Part shown: in pieces, positions 1-9,331 of the stretch | How the letters are laid out: each line of letters starts with the position of its first letter | Numbering within the stretch: the first letter of the stretch is position 1 | DNA from: an uncultured Chloroflexia bacterium | Lineage (GTDB): Bacteria; Chloroflexota; Limnocylindria; Limnocylindrales; CSP1-4 | Assembly (NCBI GenBank): GCA_963748675.1 | Contig: CAVVJX010000005.1 | Location: 260,440-324,439 of the forward strand | DNA: 64,000 nucleotides | Direction: 5' to 3' | The notes under the pieces: model-generated | The model's input: the letters and a program-made list of their open reading frames with translations, nothing else | The model's database searches: none | What the model was told of the DNA's origin: nothing | Program-made: the position numbers and the translations under genes

Positions 1-453
1 TCCCAGCTCAACAACTACACGCTCGCGCCGATCGACGAGGAGCGAGTCAGCGAGGCCGCCGGAGTGAACTCAGCGGCTGGCTCCTTCGGGCTGTCGTTCG
101 GGCTGGCGTTCGCCGGCGCGATCATGCTGATCACGCTCGCCTTCGGGTTCACGGCCATGGCTGAAGGGAGCACCGTTCTCTCCCCGGCGCAGCAACAGGA
201 AGTCGCCGCGGCGCTGGAGCACGACGCCGAAGTCATGACCAACACCGCTCTCGAAGAGCAGCTCGCCGGCCAACCGCCGGCGATCCAGGACGAGATCCTG
301 CGGATCAACACCGAGACACGACCGCTTGCGCTGCAGGTGGCCCTGCTGATCCCGATCCTCGCCAGCCTCCTCGGGCTGGTGATCTCGTTCCGCATGATGC
401 GTCTGCCAGATCCGGTGTCCTCGGGCGCCGCCGAAGGGTTCGCGCTGGGCTGA
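1..453 (+). CDS. C-terminal fragment of a multi-pass membrane transporter (MFS-like); 5' end lies outside the window
   Basis: Frame 1 is open from base 1 to the TGA at 451-453. The tail has two hydrophobic helices (GSFGLSFGLAFAGAIMLITLAFGF and LALQVALLIPILASLLGLVISF) separated by a soluble loop. The family call is by resemblance only. Confidence 0.4.
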   Translation, partial: SQLNNYTLAPIDEERVSEAAGVNSAAGSFGLSFGLAFAGAIMLITLAFGFTAMAEGSTVLSPAQQQEVAAALEHDAEVMTNTALEEQLAGQPPAIQDEILRINTETRPLALQVALLIPILASLLGLVISFRMMRLPDPVSSGAAEGFALG

Positions 454-456
454 TCC

Positions 457-954
457 TCAGCGGTGAGCTACCAGCTCCACAGCGACGATCCCAACACCGA
501 TCGAGGCGGTGACGATGGTCGCGGTCAATCGGCCCGCAAGGCTCTCACCGGCCGACCGCGCCACGATCCAGCCCGCCGCGGCAAGGACGGCGATCCCCGC
601 GGCATTCGCGAACCCCAGCGCGGCTCTGGGCTCCCACCAGCCAAGCGACGCCCCACCCATCGCGAGCACCGCGGGGATCGCGGCGAGCACGATCGACGAG
701 GCGTGTCGCAGCGCCGGGCCGATCTCACCTGCCGAATGGTGGCGAATGGTCGCTCGGTGACCGAGCACGCTGGCATAGGCGTGGGCGAACCAGGTCGCCA
801 CCGCGCCAACGAGGATGGTCGCCCCGGCGCCTTGTGGGCTCGCACCACCGGCCACCCCGAGGCCGGCGATCGCGATCAACACCGTCAGCGTCCCGTAGAC
901 CAGGCCGCTCGTCCAGGCGGCGCGCTCGATCGCGTGTTCCGGGTCGGGTAGCAC
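457..954 (-). CDS. hypothetical integral membrane protein
   Basis: 165-aa ORF, Ala/Gly-rich, with 4-5 hydrophobic helices. It lies directly downstream of the TetR gene on the same strand. Confidence 0.5.
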   Translation of the reverse strand: MLPDPEHAIERAAWTSGLVYGTLTVLIAIAGLGVAGGASPQGAGATILVGAVATWFAHAYASVLGHRATIRHHSAGEIGPALRHASSIVLAAIPAVLAMGGASLGWWEPRAALGFANAAGIAVLAAAGWIVARSAGESLAGRLTATIVTASIGVGIVAVELVAHR

Positions 955-988
955 GCCGCGTATTCTCCGTCATGCGACGCGCACCCTG

Positions 989-1672
989 TCACTCGCCCGT
1001 CGCGGCTGCGTCCCGGGCGTGCTCGAACGCGTCGAGCAGCATGTCGAGGCCGAACTCGAATTCCTTCGTGTAGTCGAAGCCGGACTTCAAAACGTAATCC
1101 ACGATGACTTCGCGGAGGTGCGGGTACTCGGTGGCCGGGAGCGTGGCGAGCGTTGTTTCCGCCATGCCCGCCAGTTCTTCCGGGGTGCCGGACGGCAGGT
1201 TCTGCTGCTGGACCGCGAACCCGTAGATGTAGCTGTCCATGGCAAAGAACGCATGGACCGCCATCTCGATGGTGAAGCCAGCGCGTCGTAGCGTCCCGAG
1301 GACCGCTTCGGGATAGCGGGATCTTGTCGGACTCGGGGTGGTGCGTGACTCGATCACGCCGTTCGCCCACGCATGGCGCGCGAGCATCTCGTGGGCCGAG
1401 ATGGCTCGCCGGCGCATCGCCGATTTCCAGTCGCCAGCGGTCGGCACCTCGATCTCCTCGATGAGGAGGTCGGCGATCCCGTCCAGGAGGTCGTCCTTGT
1501 TGGCGACGTGGTTGTACAGCGACATCGCCTCGACCCCGAGCTCGCTGCCCAGCCTGCGCATGCTGAGTGCGTCGATCCCGTGCTGGTCGGCGAGCTCGAT
1601 GGCGGTCCGCAGCACCCGGTCGCGGCTCAGCGGCAGTCGTGCGCCAGGGCTCCGGTTCCGTCGTGTGGCCAT
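989..1672 (-). CDS. TetR/AcrR family transcriptional regulator
   Basis: The N-terminal HTH LSRDRVLRTAIELADQHGIDALSMRRLGSELGVEAMSLYNHVANKDDLL is typical of TetR. The tail is helical, as in a ligand-binding domain. Confidence 0.85.
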   Translation of the reverse strand: MATRRNRSPGARLPLSRDRVLRTAIELADQHGIDALSMRRLGSELGVEAMSLYNHVANKDDLLDGIADLLIEEIEVPTAGDWKSAMRRRAISAHEMLARHAWANGVIESRTTPSPTRSRYPEAVLGTLRRAGFTIEMAVHAFFAMDSYIYGFAVQQQNLPSGTPEELAGMAETTLATLPATEYPHLREVIVDYVLKSGFDYTKEFEFGLDMLLDAFEHARDAAATGE

Positions 1673-1707
1673 CAGCCTCCCTCGCTCGCCGCGACTCTAA
1701 CTCACAC

Positions 1708-1773
1708 CGTAAGTTCGGGGCTTGACATCTACGCCGCAGCCGCTAACTTACGCCATACACTTACATTGTAAGT
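1708..1773. promoter_or_regulatory. candidate TetR operator set overlapping a sigma70-like promoter
   Basis: CGTAAGTT (1708-1715) and AACTTACG (1745-1752) form an inverted pair. ACTTACAtTGTAAGT (1759-1773) is a palindrome. TTGACA (1722-1727), a 16-nt spacer and TAACTT (1744-1749) read toward the + gene at 1818. Confidence 0.4.
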
Positions 1774-1817
1774 ACAGGCACGGAAAGTCAAGGCAAGCGG
1801 AGAAGGAGGTTGTTGGA

Positions 1818-2567
1818 ATGGATCAGCTGCAGCGCACCGACAGTGAGAAGGCCGTTCTGAGATGGGGCGGTCTGGCCGGCCTCGTCGGGGGCGTCCTCTT
1901 CATCATCGTGTTCGGCATCGTCGGCGTGTTCGTCGGCGAAGAACCCGCCGGTGTCGAAGGGGCCATCATGCGGTTCCCCGACATCATGGCGGCGCGCACG
2001 GTCGAGAACGGGCTCTACCTGGTCGTCCTCGCCCTGTGGGCGATCCACATGATCGCCCTCTTTCGGGCGCTCCGGGAGACGAGCCTCGCCCCCGCCCTCT
2101 TCGGTTGCGCGCTGGGCCTCGTGGGCCTCGCCGTACTCGCGGCCGGAGCCCTTCCCCACGCTGCGAGCGTCTCGATCTCCGACCTGTATCACGATCCCGG
2201 AGCGACGCCCGCGGACCAGGCGACCCTCGCGCTGGTCTGGCAGGGAACCCAGGGTATCTTCAATGCCTTGCTGGTCACCGGGCTGGTCATCCTGCCGATG
2301 AGTCTCCTGGCCTTCGGGGCTGCGATGCTCGGGAACCCCGCCTTCGGCCGGCGTCGTGGGCGCGCGACGATCGCGCTCGGTGTCGTCGGGGCCGTCGCGG
2401 CCGTCGCCCTCCTGGTCGATCCGTTGTCCTTCGTCGCGTTGGTCGGGGTGTTCGCGCTGATCGCGTTCCATCTGGTCGTGGGGTGGCGGATGTACCGCCT
2501 ATCGAATGACCCCGCGAACGTCCGGGCGGCCATGCCGGTCACAGAACGGTCTGGCGTCGCTGTCTGA
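1818..2567 (+). CDS. hypothetical multi-pass membrane protein (DUF4386-like by resemblance)
   Basis: ATG at 1818 is preceded by GAAGGAGG (1802-1809). About six hydrophobic helices. Divergent from the TetR gene. Confidence 0.6.
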   Translation: MDQLQRTDSEKAVLRWGGLAGLVGGVLFIIVFGIVGVFVGEEPAGVEGAIMRFPDIMAARTVENGLYLVVLALWAIHMIALFRALRETSLAPALFGCALGLVGLAVLAAGALPHAASVSISDLYHDPGATPADQATLALVWQGTQGIFNALLVTGLVILPMSLLAFGAAMLGNPAFGRRRGRATIALGVVGAVAAVALLVDPLSFVALVGVFALIAFHLVVGWRMYRLSNDPANVRAAMPVTERSGVAV

Positions 2568-2580
2568 GCGCTGTCGGAAT

Positions 2581-2613
2581 GCTTCGAGGGGAGCACGGAT
2601 CTCCCCTCGAAGC
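2581..2613. terminator. bidirectional stem-loop between convergent genes
   Basis: GCTTCGAGGGGAG cacggat CTCCCCTCGAAGC gives a perfect 13-bp stem with a 7-nt loop. It lies between stops at 2567 (+) and 2622 (-). Confidence 0.6.
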
Positions 2614-2621
2614 CCGAAGGG

Positions 2622-3113
2622 TCAGAAGTCGCAATGGGGCCCGGGTGCGGAGAGCTCCCCGCGGAACGCCCCGCCCACCGGCGCCATGATCACGCTGATG
2701 TCGGTGGCTGGGGCCCCGGTTTCGTTGCGGCCCAGGTGGCCCTTGCCGGAGTCGACATAGCCGTGTCCGGCCGTGACCACGATCGGCGTACAGGTCGGGT
2801 CGTCGTACGCGTAGAACGTCAGGGTTCCTTCGATCACGGTGATGAACACGGGGTACGGGTGCGAATGCCAGCCGGTCGAGCCACCGGGCGCGTACTGGTG
2901 GCGTCGGACCACCACATCAGTGGCACGCTTGGCCTCAGCCTTGAACAGGCCGGAGCCATCCGGGTAGGACATGACCTTGAACGCGTCGTACGTGCCGCGG
3001 GCCAGCACGGTCGGCGTCACGCCCGATGGCGGGGACGCCATCGCGAGGTTGACAGCGCCGGCCACCAGGGCGATCGCCGCAAGCGCGGCAATCAGGTATC
3101 GATCGTGTCGCAT
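2622..3113 (-). CDS. secreted cupin-domain protein
   Basis: Signal peptide MRHDRYLIAALAAIALVAGAVNLAMA. Cupin-like motif GGSTGWHSHPYPVFITVIEG. Confidence 0.7.
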   Translation of the reverse strand: MRHDRYLIAALAAIALVAGAVNLAMASPPSGVTPTVLARGTYDAFKVMSYPDGSGLFKAEAKRATDVVVRRHQYAPGGSTGWHSHPYPVFITVIEGTLTFYAYDDPTCTPIVVTAGHGYVDSGKGHLGRNETGAPATDISVIMAPVGGAFRGELSAPGPHCDF

Positions 3114-3386
3114 CGGTTTCTCCTTGCTTTCGAACGATCAGAAGACGGTTTCCAACAGGCTTGCCGTGTATGTGTTCGGTCACCCTCCTTCCCTTGAGCG
3201 ATGGGCTTGACGACGCCGGAGCGCCGCCAGATCGGTTCGCTGGGACGCGAGTCGAGGCAAGGGAGCGGCATGCCGTGGGCGTGCGATCCCAGCTATTGGT
3301 GGACCAGAACTCCGGGCGGGCCGCCCAGGATCAGCGAACTGGGCGCCGACTCGCGGGCGCCGACCGGACACGCAGGCGTGGATGCC

Positions 3387-4667
3387 TCAGGGCGCGAGAC
3401 GTTGCACGGCCGGCTGGCTGACGCTCCTCCAGGGCACCGCTCGGGACGTGCCGGCTACTGGGTCCAGCAGCACCTGATCGAGGGCACCGCCTGACTCGTT
3501 CATCGGCGTTCCGAGGATCCACGAATCATCCGGCGCCCACTCCCATGCGGAACAGCACGCGGCCTGGATGGCACCCGGGTACTCGATCTCGATGCCGGTC
3601 CCGTTCCCGTCGACGGGGATCGCCACCGCACGAGTGCGGTCCATGGTGGCGGTATAGCCTCGAATGGCCAGCAGACGGGTGCCGTCATTCGACCAATTCC
3701 AGGCTGCTTGCCACACCGCCGTTGGAGGAATTGGAAGGACGCGATCCCCGGTTCCGTCCGCTCGGATCACGTGGGTCTGGGCTGTCATGCCTTCCACATT
3801 GACCCACTCGACGTACGAGATCAGGGACCCGTCTGGCGACCACTTCGGGTCCGAGCGGTTGCGGCCCGTCGTACGTTCCAGGATGGTGCGGACGGATCCG
3901 CCCTCAGGGCTGACCGCATAGATGCCGGTCTCATCGCCAAGGTCCATGAACAGGATCTCGGACCCGTCCGGCGGACGCCAAGCGGCATTGGTCGCCAGTG
4001 TTGGCAGGTCTAGTTGCCGGATTCGGCTGCCATCGGCCGCAGCAATGAGGATGCGAGGGACCCCGCCCGGGCGGGCGGAGATCAGGATCTCGAGGCCGTC
4101 GGGAGAGAACATGTAGTTCGCGATAGCGGGGAGGGCGTCCGGCGTGACGCGGATCGGATCGGACCCGTCGCGTCGGGCGACGAATAGCAGCCCCGGACCC
4201 TTGTCGCCCTCGACCTTTCGCTCGAAGACAACCGAGGTGCCGTCCCGAGACCACATCGGGTCGATGTCAATTGCAGGACCCGTGACGATCGCGGTCGAAA
4301 GGCCGCTGACGGGATCGACCGTGTAGATGTCGCCACCACTGGCGTACGCAATGAGCCCGTTCCGGGCCGGGCCGAACGGGGCCGGCAGCCGCGGAGGCGA
4401 GCCCACAAGCGCGGCGAGCATCGCGATGAGCAGTGCGAGAAGCACCAGGCCGACCGAGATCGTGCGCCACGGCAATCGCGGCCCGAGAACAGGCTGCCGT
4501 GCGATGACAACCATGGGGAGCCACCTTTCGGGGAATGACCAGGCCGGCCGCTGGCGGGTGCGGGCGGTGTGGTGGAGGACGTGGTCGCGGTACGCGGGCA
4601 TGGGGCCCATGTAGAGGTCGTCCAGCAAGCTGGGCAGTTCCTGTTCGAAGCGTCGTTCGGTAGTCAT
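3387..4667 (-). CDS. membrane-anchored PD40/TolB-like beta-propeller protein; putative partner (anti-sigma-like) of the upstream ECF sigma factor
   Basis: Cytoplasmic N-terminus, one TM helix (ISVGLVLLALLIAMLAALVG), then repeated motifs such as GGDIYTVDPVSG, PMWSRDGTSVVF, FSPDGLEIL and PKWSPDGSLISY. The start overlaps the sigma gene stop (4664-4667). Confidence 0.7.
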   Translation of the reverse strand: MTTERRFEQELPSLLDDLYMGPMPAYRDHVLHHTARTRQRPAWSFPERWLPMVVIARQPVLGPRLPWRTISVGLVLLALLIAMLAALVGSPPRLPAPFGPARNGLIAYASGGDIYTVDPVSGLSTAIVTGPAIDIDPMWSRDGTSVVFERKVEGDKGPGLLFVARRDGSDPIRVTPDALPAIANYMFSPDGLEILISARPGGVPRILIAAADGSRIRQLDLPTLATNAAWRPPDGSEILFMDLGDETGIYAVSPEGGSVRTILERTTGRNRSDPKWSPDGSLISYVEWVNVEGMTAQTHVIRADGTGDRVLPIPPTAVWQAAWNWSNDGTRLLAIRGYTATMDRTRAVAIPVDGNGTGIEIEYPGAIQAACCSAWEWAPDDSWILGTPMNESGGALDQVLLDPVAGTSRAVPWRSVSQPAVQRLAP

Positions 4668-5227
4668 GCCGGGTGCCCTCCCGGGATCGTGGCCGTCGCC
4701 TTGTGGGCACCGGCCTGCGCGTCGCTCCGCATCGCGGTCAGCGCGTAGTGCAATCTCGATCGGGCCGTTCCATCGGGGATGCCCAGAGCGACCGCCACGT
4801 CATGCAGTGGCATCCCCAGGAGGTAATGCAAGGCAACGACGGCCCGATGGCCCGGATCGAGGCGCCGGAGCGCCGCGTCCAGCAGCTCGCGTTCGGCGAA
4901 CGCGTTCGCGTGGTCGGGCATGTTCATGGAGTCGATCGGAGACAGCTCGACCTCGACCGGGCGCCGCCGACGGCGCCGAAGGAGATCGAGACAGGCGTTG
5001 ACGAGCAATCGGTGAAGCCAGGCGTCGAACCGATCGGGATCACGTAGTCCCGGCAGGTCTCGCCAGGCACGGATGAGGCTCTCCTGGACCGCATCCTGGG
5101 CCAGGTCCGGGTCGCGGAGGATCAGCCGGGCGGCTGCGTCCAGCCGTCGAAGGGCGCCATCGACGAGTTCGGCGAAGGCGTCATGATCGCCATGCCTCGC
5201 CCGGTCGATGAGCTCTCGTTGATCCAC
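4664..5227 (-). CDS. ECF-type RNA polymerase sigma-70 family factor
   Basis: Region 2 (DAVQESLIRAWRDLPGLRDPDRFDAWLHRLLVNACLDLLRRR) and region 4 HTH (MPLHDVAVALGIPDGTARSRLHYAL). Confidence 0.85.
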   Translation of the reverse strand: MDQRELIDRARHGDHDAFAELVDGALRRLDAAARLILRDPDLAQDAVQESLIRAWRDLPGLRDPDRFDAWLHRLLVNACLDLLRRRRRRPVEVELSPIDSMNMPDHANAFAERELLDAALRRLDPGHRAVVALHYLLGMPLHDVAVALGIPDGTARSRLHYALTAMRSDAQAGAHKATATIPGGHPA

Positions 5228-5325
5228 GATCGCCTCGCCTGTGGCACGGCCGATATGGTCGTGCTCAACAGGGTATGGCGTCGGTGTCCGGCGAAACGTT
5301 CACCGCGGGGGAGATCCCCCGGCGG

Positions 5326-6123
5326 TCAGCCCGTGATCTCGGCCCGCTCGCTGAACCCGGCGGCCACGACCAGCGAGCCGACGAGCCACACCGTCACCAG
5401 GAACAGCGCCGTGCCGATCGACAGGGCGCCGGGATCGGGCGGGCCGCCGAAGCCACTCCCGCCACCGACCGCCGCCTGGGACAGGTGGAACGGCATGTAG
5501 CGCACGACGTCCGGCAGGAAGATCCCCGCGAACGTCTCCGCGAAGTAGAACGCGATCCCGACCCCGATGCCCGCCAGCTGGCTGCGGGCCAGGGTCGCGA
5601 CCGCGAAGCCGAGTGCCGCGGTGGCGGTGATCGCCACCCAACCACGGGCGAACAGCTCGGGCAATGCCGCGAGCGCGGCCGTGTCGTTGATCCCGTCGAG
5701 GCTGATGCCCGCGATCGTCGACCCGAGCGCAGCCGCGGCCACGCCGATGCCGAACGTGATGAGCAGCCCGACCGCCAGGATGACGGCGATGGCCGCGAAG
5801 GTCATGAGGAGATAGCGGCTCCGGCTCTCACCGCGAACCACGGACGTCTTGAGCGTGCCCCACGTCCATTCCGAACCGGCGATAGCGGCACCGTAGATCA
5901 CCGCGAACAGCCCACCCAGGCCGAACATGAAGCTCAGGATGAGGTCATAGGCGCCGGGGAACGTCACGAGCGCAAGCGCGTTCTGGCCGTCCTCGCCGGT
6001 TCCGCCGCCGGTCGCCGCGACCGCCAGGTCGATCATCACCAGCAGCCCGGCCAGCAGGCCGAAGGTGAGCAACGTGGCCATCCGCGTGGTCAGCTTCCGG
6101 AGGCCCGAAATGAAGAGTCTCAT
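5326..6123 (-). CDS. ABC-2 type transporter permease
   Basis: 265 aa with six hydrophobic helices. The start overlaps the stop of the upstream ATPase by 4 nt (6120-6123). Confidence 0.7.
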   Translation of the reverse strand: MRLFISGLRKLTTRMATLLTFGLLAGLLVMIDLAVAATGGGTGEDGQNALALVTFPGAYDLILSFMFGLGGLFAVIYGAAIAGSEWTWGTLKTSVVRGESRSRYLLMTFAAIAVILAVGLLITFGIGVAAAALGSTIAGISLDGINDTAALAALPELFARGWVAITATAALGFAVATLARSQLAGIGVGIAFYFAETFAGIFLPDVVRYMPFHLSQAAVGGGSGFGGPPDPGALSIGTALFLVTVWLVGSLVVAAGFSERAEITG

Positions 6124-7784
6124 GCCATTCCCTCGCTCGCCGGCTGGCGGCGCGTTGCTGGATCGATCTTCGCGAACGTCCCGTCGCGATCCGTTGTTCC
6201 CGTATCGGTGAGCGTGAGGAACAGCTCCTCGAGGTCGTTGCCGGAGCTCACGGCGGATGCGTAGATACCGACGCCGGCCAGTGTTCGATTCACCTCGGCC
6301 GATCGATCCGGCGTGATCTGCACCGAGATCCAGCCGGCCTCGCCGGCCGATGCCGATACCCGCTCCGGCGTGGTCAGCCGACCGAGGGCCGCCGTGGCGG
6401 CCACGAGTTCCTCGGGCTCGACTCGAACCCGGACGATCCCCTCGGCGGCGAGCAGCTCCTGCATCGAGCCCTCCCGCACCAGGCGCCCGGCGGCGATGAT
6501 CCCGACCACATCGGCCATCTGCTGGACCTCGGCCAGGAGGTGGCTCGAGATGAACACGGTCTTGCCGATCGCGGCCAGGTGGCGAAGCGTCTCCCGCATC
6601 GCGACGATGCCCGCGGGATCGAGGCCGTTGGACGGCTCGTCCAGCAGGAGCAGCTTCGGGTCATTGAGCAACGCCCCGGCGATGCCGAGCCGCTGCTTCA
6701 TCCCGAGCGAGTAGCGCGAGACCTTGTCGCCGGAACGTTCACGCAGGCCGACGATCTCGAGGACTTCGTCGACGCGGCGCGCGGGCGTCGGTGCGCCGCT
6801 GGCCGCCAGGGCACGGAGGTTGTCCCGGCCCGACAGGTACGGATAGAACGCCGGCGTCTCGACCAGTGCCCCCACATCGAAGAGTCGACGCCGGTCACGG
6901 CGGTTGAACGGCCGGCCGAACATCTCGATGGCTCCGCCATCCGGATGGACGAGCCCGGTCAGGACGCGCATCGTCGTGGTCTTGCCCGCGCCGTTGGGAC
7001 CGAGGAAGCCGTAGACGACTCCGGTCGGGACGCTGAGGTCGAGACCGTCGAGCGCCAGGCGCGAGCCGTAGCTCTTGCGGAGACCGCGGGTCGCGAGCGC
7101 GAGATCCGAGCTGATAGTCATGAACTCCTCGAATTCGACAGATGACAACGGCAAGTGAGTTGGGACGACGCCTTCGGCGTCGGTCGCGGACGCGGCGGAT
7201 GCGGCCTCCGTGAGGATCCCCGTCGCGCGTTCGAGCACCTCGAGGTCCTCGTCGCTGATGAGCTCAAACAGGGCGCGAAGCTGGCGCGTATTGAGTTCCT
7301 GCAGCTGCTCGAGGCTTTGCCGTCCGGTGTCGGTCACCGACACGCGGACCTGACGGCGATTGGCCGGGTCATCGGACCGTTCGAGCAGACCGAGCTCCAC
7401 GAGACGCTCCACTGCGCCGCTGGCCGTGGAGACCGTGACCCCCAGTTGCTGGGCGGTCTCGGACATGCTGAGCTCGCCCGCGGCAGTGACGACGTACAGG
7501 AGCTTGGCCTGGGCCATCGTGATCTCGAGGTTCGTGAACTCGACGGCGTGAAGGGCCATCAGTCGCTGCTGGAAGGTCTCGAAGGCGGCCATGACGCGTC
7601 CGACCATGGGCCGCTCGACTCCGTTCGAGGATCCCACATCGTTGGTCGCGCCCGTATTGTTTGGCATAACCGAACTGTGGGCCTTCGGCGACATCGCGTC
7701 AACCAGTACCTTCGGCCAGGGTCCGGGTCGTGTCGGAACTTGTTCCTCGTAAGGGACGGACCCCGCGTGGCATCGTGCTGGCAC
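6120..7784 (-). CDS. MarR-type winged-HTH domain in frame with an ABC transporter ATP-binding protein (either a fusion or two genes with no intervening stop)
   Basis: MarR-like segment LEITMAQAKLLYVVTAAGELSMSETAQQLGVTVSTASGAVERLVELGLLERSDDPANRRQVRVSVTDTGR. After a linker comes the ATPase with Walker A GPNGAGKTT, signature LSLGMKQRL (in YSLGMKQRLGIA) and Walker B LLLLDEP. An internal ATG at 7121 (MTISSDLALATRGLRKSYG) could start an ATPase-only product. The 5' start is uncertain (7694, 7667 and 7607 are alternative ATGs). Confidence 0.6.
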   Translation of the reverse strand: MPARCHAGSVPYEEQVPTRPGPWPKVLVDAMSPKAHSSVMPNNTGATNDVGSSNGVERPMVGRVMAAFETFQQRLMALHAVEFTNLEITMAQAKLLYVVTAAGELSMSETAQQLGVTVSTASGAVERLVELGLLERSDDPANRRQVRVSVTDTGRQSLEQLQELNTRQLRALFELISDEDLEVLERATGILTEAASAASATDAEGVVPTHLPLSSVEFEEFMTISSDLALATRGLRKSYGSRLALDGLDLSVPTGVVYGFLGPNGAGKTTTMRVLTGLVHPDGGAIEMFGRPFNRRDRRRLFDVGALVETPAFYPYLSGRDNLRALAASGAPTPARRVDEVLEIVGLRERSGDKVSRYSLGMKQRLGIAGALLNDPKLLLLDEPSNGLDPAGIVAMRETLRHLAAIGKTVFISSHLLAEVQQMADVVGIIAAGRLVREGSMQELLAAEGIVRVRVEPEELVAATAALGRLTTPERVSASAGEAGWISVQITPDRSAEVNRTLAGVGIYASAVSSGNDLEELFLTLTDTGTTDRDGTFAKIDPATRRQPASEGMA

Positions 7785-7811
7785 GCGGTGTCACCCTGAT
7801 CGTCTCCGACG

Positions 7812-8690
7812 GTGTTCGGTGGCCGGTCGCTACCCCCCAGTGACCGGCCACCCGCCGTCCGACCCGCAGCCAGGCATTTGGGGGTGCACGCTCGAGGGAC
7901 CGTGGCCGCATCGACATCGTCGGGGGACCAGGTTGAAGCACGACGCCTCATCGAAGGGGCATTGCCAGGAACCAGCCGCGCGACGATCGACTGCCTCGTC
8001 GAAACGGCCAAGACCAGGATCGCGCCTCCCGGAGAGGCCATCTTTCGTCAGGGCGAGCGGATCCCGCTGACGCTGATCATTCGCGGCCACGGGGTCTTCC
8101 GGCGGACGACGATCGATGGGCAGCTCCTGTCGACCGGCATCGGCCATCCGGGTGGCCTGTTCGGATTCTCGTCGATCACCCCGACGACCTCGCCCGTCGA
8201 ATTCGTTGCCCTCACCGAGCTCGAAGTCCGCCTGTGGAAAGGGCCCGACATCCGGCGGCTCGCCGCCAGTGACCCGGGTTTCGCCCTCGACGCCGCCGAT
8301 CGGCTTGCGGGTTTCGTGCAGGCGATGACCGAAGGCATCGATGGCTTGCTGCACCAGAATGCCCGGCGTCGGGTGATCCGCATCCTCCTGCGGCACCGGG
8401 ACCTGTTCTTCGTGGAGCCCGCCGTCCTCACTCGGGCGGAGTTGCCGAGCCTCGTCGGCACGAGCCGGGAGATGACCGGTCGGGTGCTGCGCGAGCTCGA
8501 GAGCGAAGGGCTGATCGCCCGGGTCGGGCGCCGTGGACTACGGCTGCTCCGCCCCGACCGACTCGAGCTCGATGCGCGGTCGCCGGCGAAGGCTGCCGCG
8601 ACGGACGGACGCGTCATCGGCTGGCGGCCAGCCGCGGGCCACCAGCCCAGTGTCGAGTCCACGGAACAACGATCGAGGGTCAGCGGCTAA
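7812..8690 (+). CDS. Crp/Fnr family transcriptional regulator
   Basis: cNMP-binding-like barrel (IFRQGERIPLTLIIRGHGVFRRTTIDGQ) and C-terminal HTH (RAELPSLVGTSREMTGRVLRELESEGLI). The start is uncertain; in-frame GTGs at 7884 and 7902 are alternatives. Confidence 0.75.
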   Translation: MFGGRSLPPSDRPPAVRPAARHLGVHARGTVAASTSSGDQVEARRLIEGALPGTSRATIDCLVETAKTRIAPPGEAIFRQGERIPLTLIIRGHGVFRRTTIDGQLLSTGIGHPGGLFGFSSITPTTSPVEFVALTELEVRLWKGPDIRRLAASDPGFALDAADRLAGFVQAMTEGIDGLLHQNARRRVIRILLRHRDLFFVEPAVLTRAELPSLVGTSREMTGRVLRELESEGLIARVGRRGLRLLRPDRLELDARSPAKAAATDGRVIGWRPAAGHQPSVESTEQRSRVSG

Positions 8691-8715
8691 CCGCTCGCCC
8701 TCGCTCAACGCTCGA

Positions 8716-8747
8716 AGCGGCGGCCGGACGCGCATCCGGCCGCCGCT
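8716..8747. terminator. bidirectional stem-loop between convergent genes
   Basis: AGCGGCGGCCGGA cgcgca TCCGGCCGCCGCT gives a perfect 13-bp stem. It lies between stops at 8690 (+) and 8776 (-). Confidence 0.6.
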
Positions 8748-8775
8748 GTGTGATCGGGCCGCGCCCGAGATCGAC

Positions 8776-9123
8776 CTATTCGGTCAGGCCGACGATGTGG
8801 CCTTCGGAGTCGGCGACGAGTGCGAGCTGAGCCGATCCGTCCGGGCTGAACTTGGGCATGATCACCGAGCCGCCGAGCTCGGAAGCGCGGGCCAGCGTCG
8901 CGTCGATGTTGTCGACCTTGACGTAGCCCGTGACATGGCCGGTGGAGCCATCCGGGGTCGCACCGATCCCGACGACGATGCCGGTGTCCTCGTGGTTGGT
9001 CATGCCGTAGCCGCCGGGGTTGCTGGTGTCGAGCTTCCAGCCGAACAGGTCGCCCCAGTAGCGCTGCAGGGCCTGCTGGTCCTTGCCGACGATCTCGAAA
9101 TGGATGACGTTCGGTGCTGTCAT
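8776..9123 (-). CDS. VOC/glyoxalase-family protein
   Basis: ATG at 9123 is preceded by AGGAGG. The sequence IHFEIVGKDQQALQRYWGDLFGWKL...GHIVGL is typical of the glyoxalase/bleomycin-resistance fold. Confidence 0.8.
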   Translation of the reverse strand: MTAPNVIHFEIVGKDQQALQRYWGDLFGWKLDTSNPGGYGMTNHEDTGIVVGIGATPDGSTGHVTGYVKVDNIDATLARASELGGSVIMPKFSPDGSAQLALVADSEGHIVGLTE

Positions 9124-9331
9124 GGTGGACCTCCTGTCGGGACAGAGGTCATGCGCCTCTCGGTCCCTTGCCCAAACGACGAACGGGTCCCACCGAAATC
9201 GACATCCTTTGCGAAGGACGGCCGCGGCGAGTCTGAGCACGGTCAGGGACAGTGCCGCCGCCGGTATCATTGGGGAAGCAACCCGCTACCCGACCGGCCT
9301 CGCGCTCGAGGCTGCCAGGAGACCCCCACCG

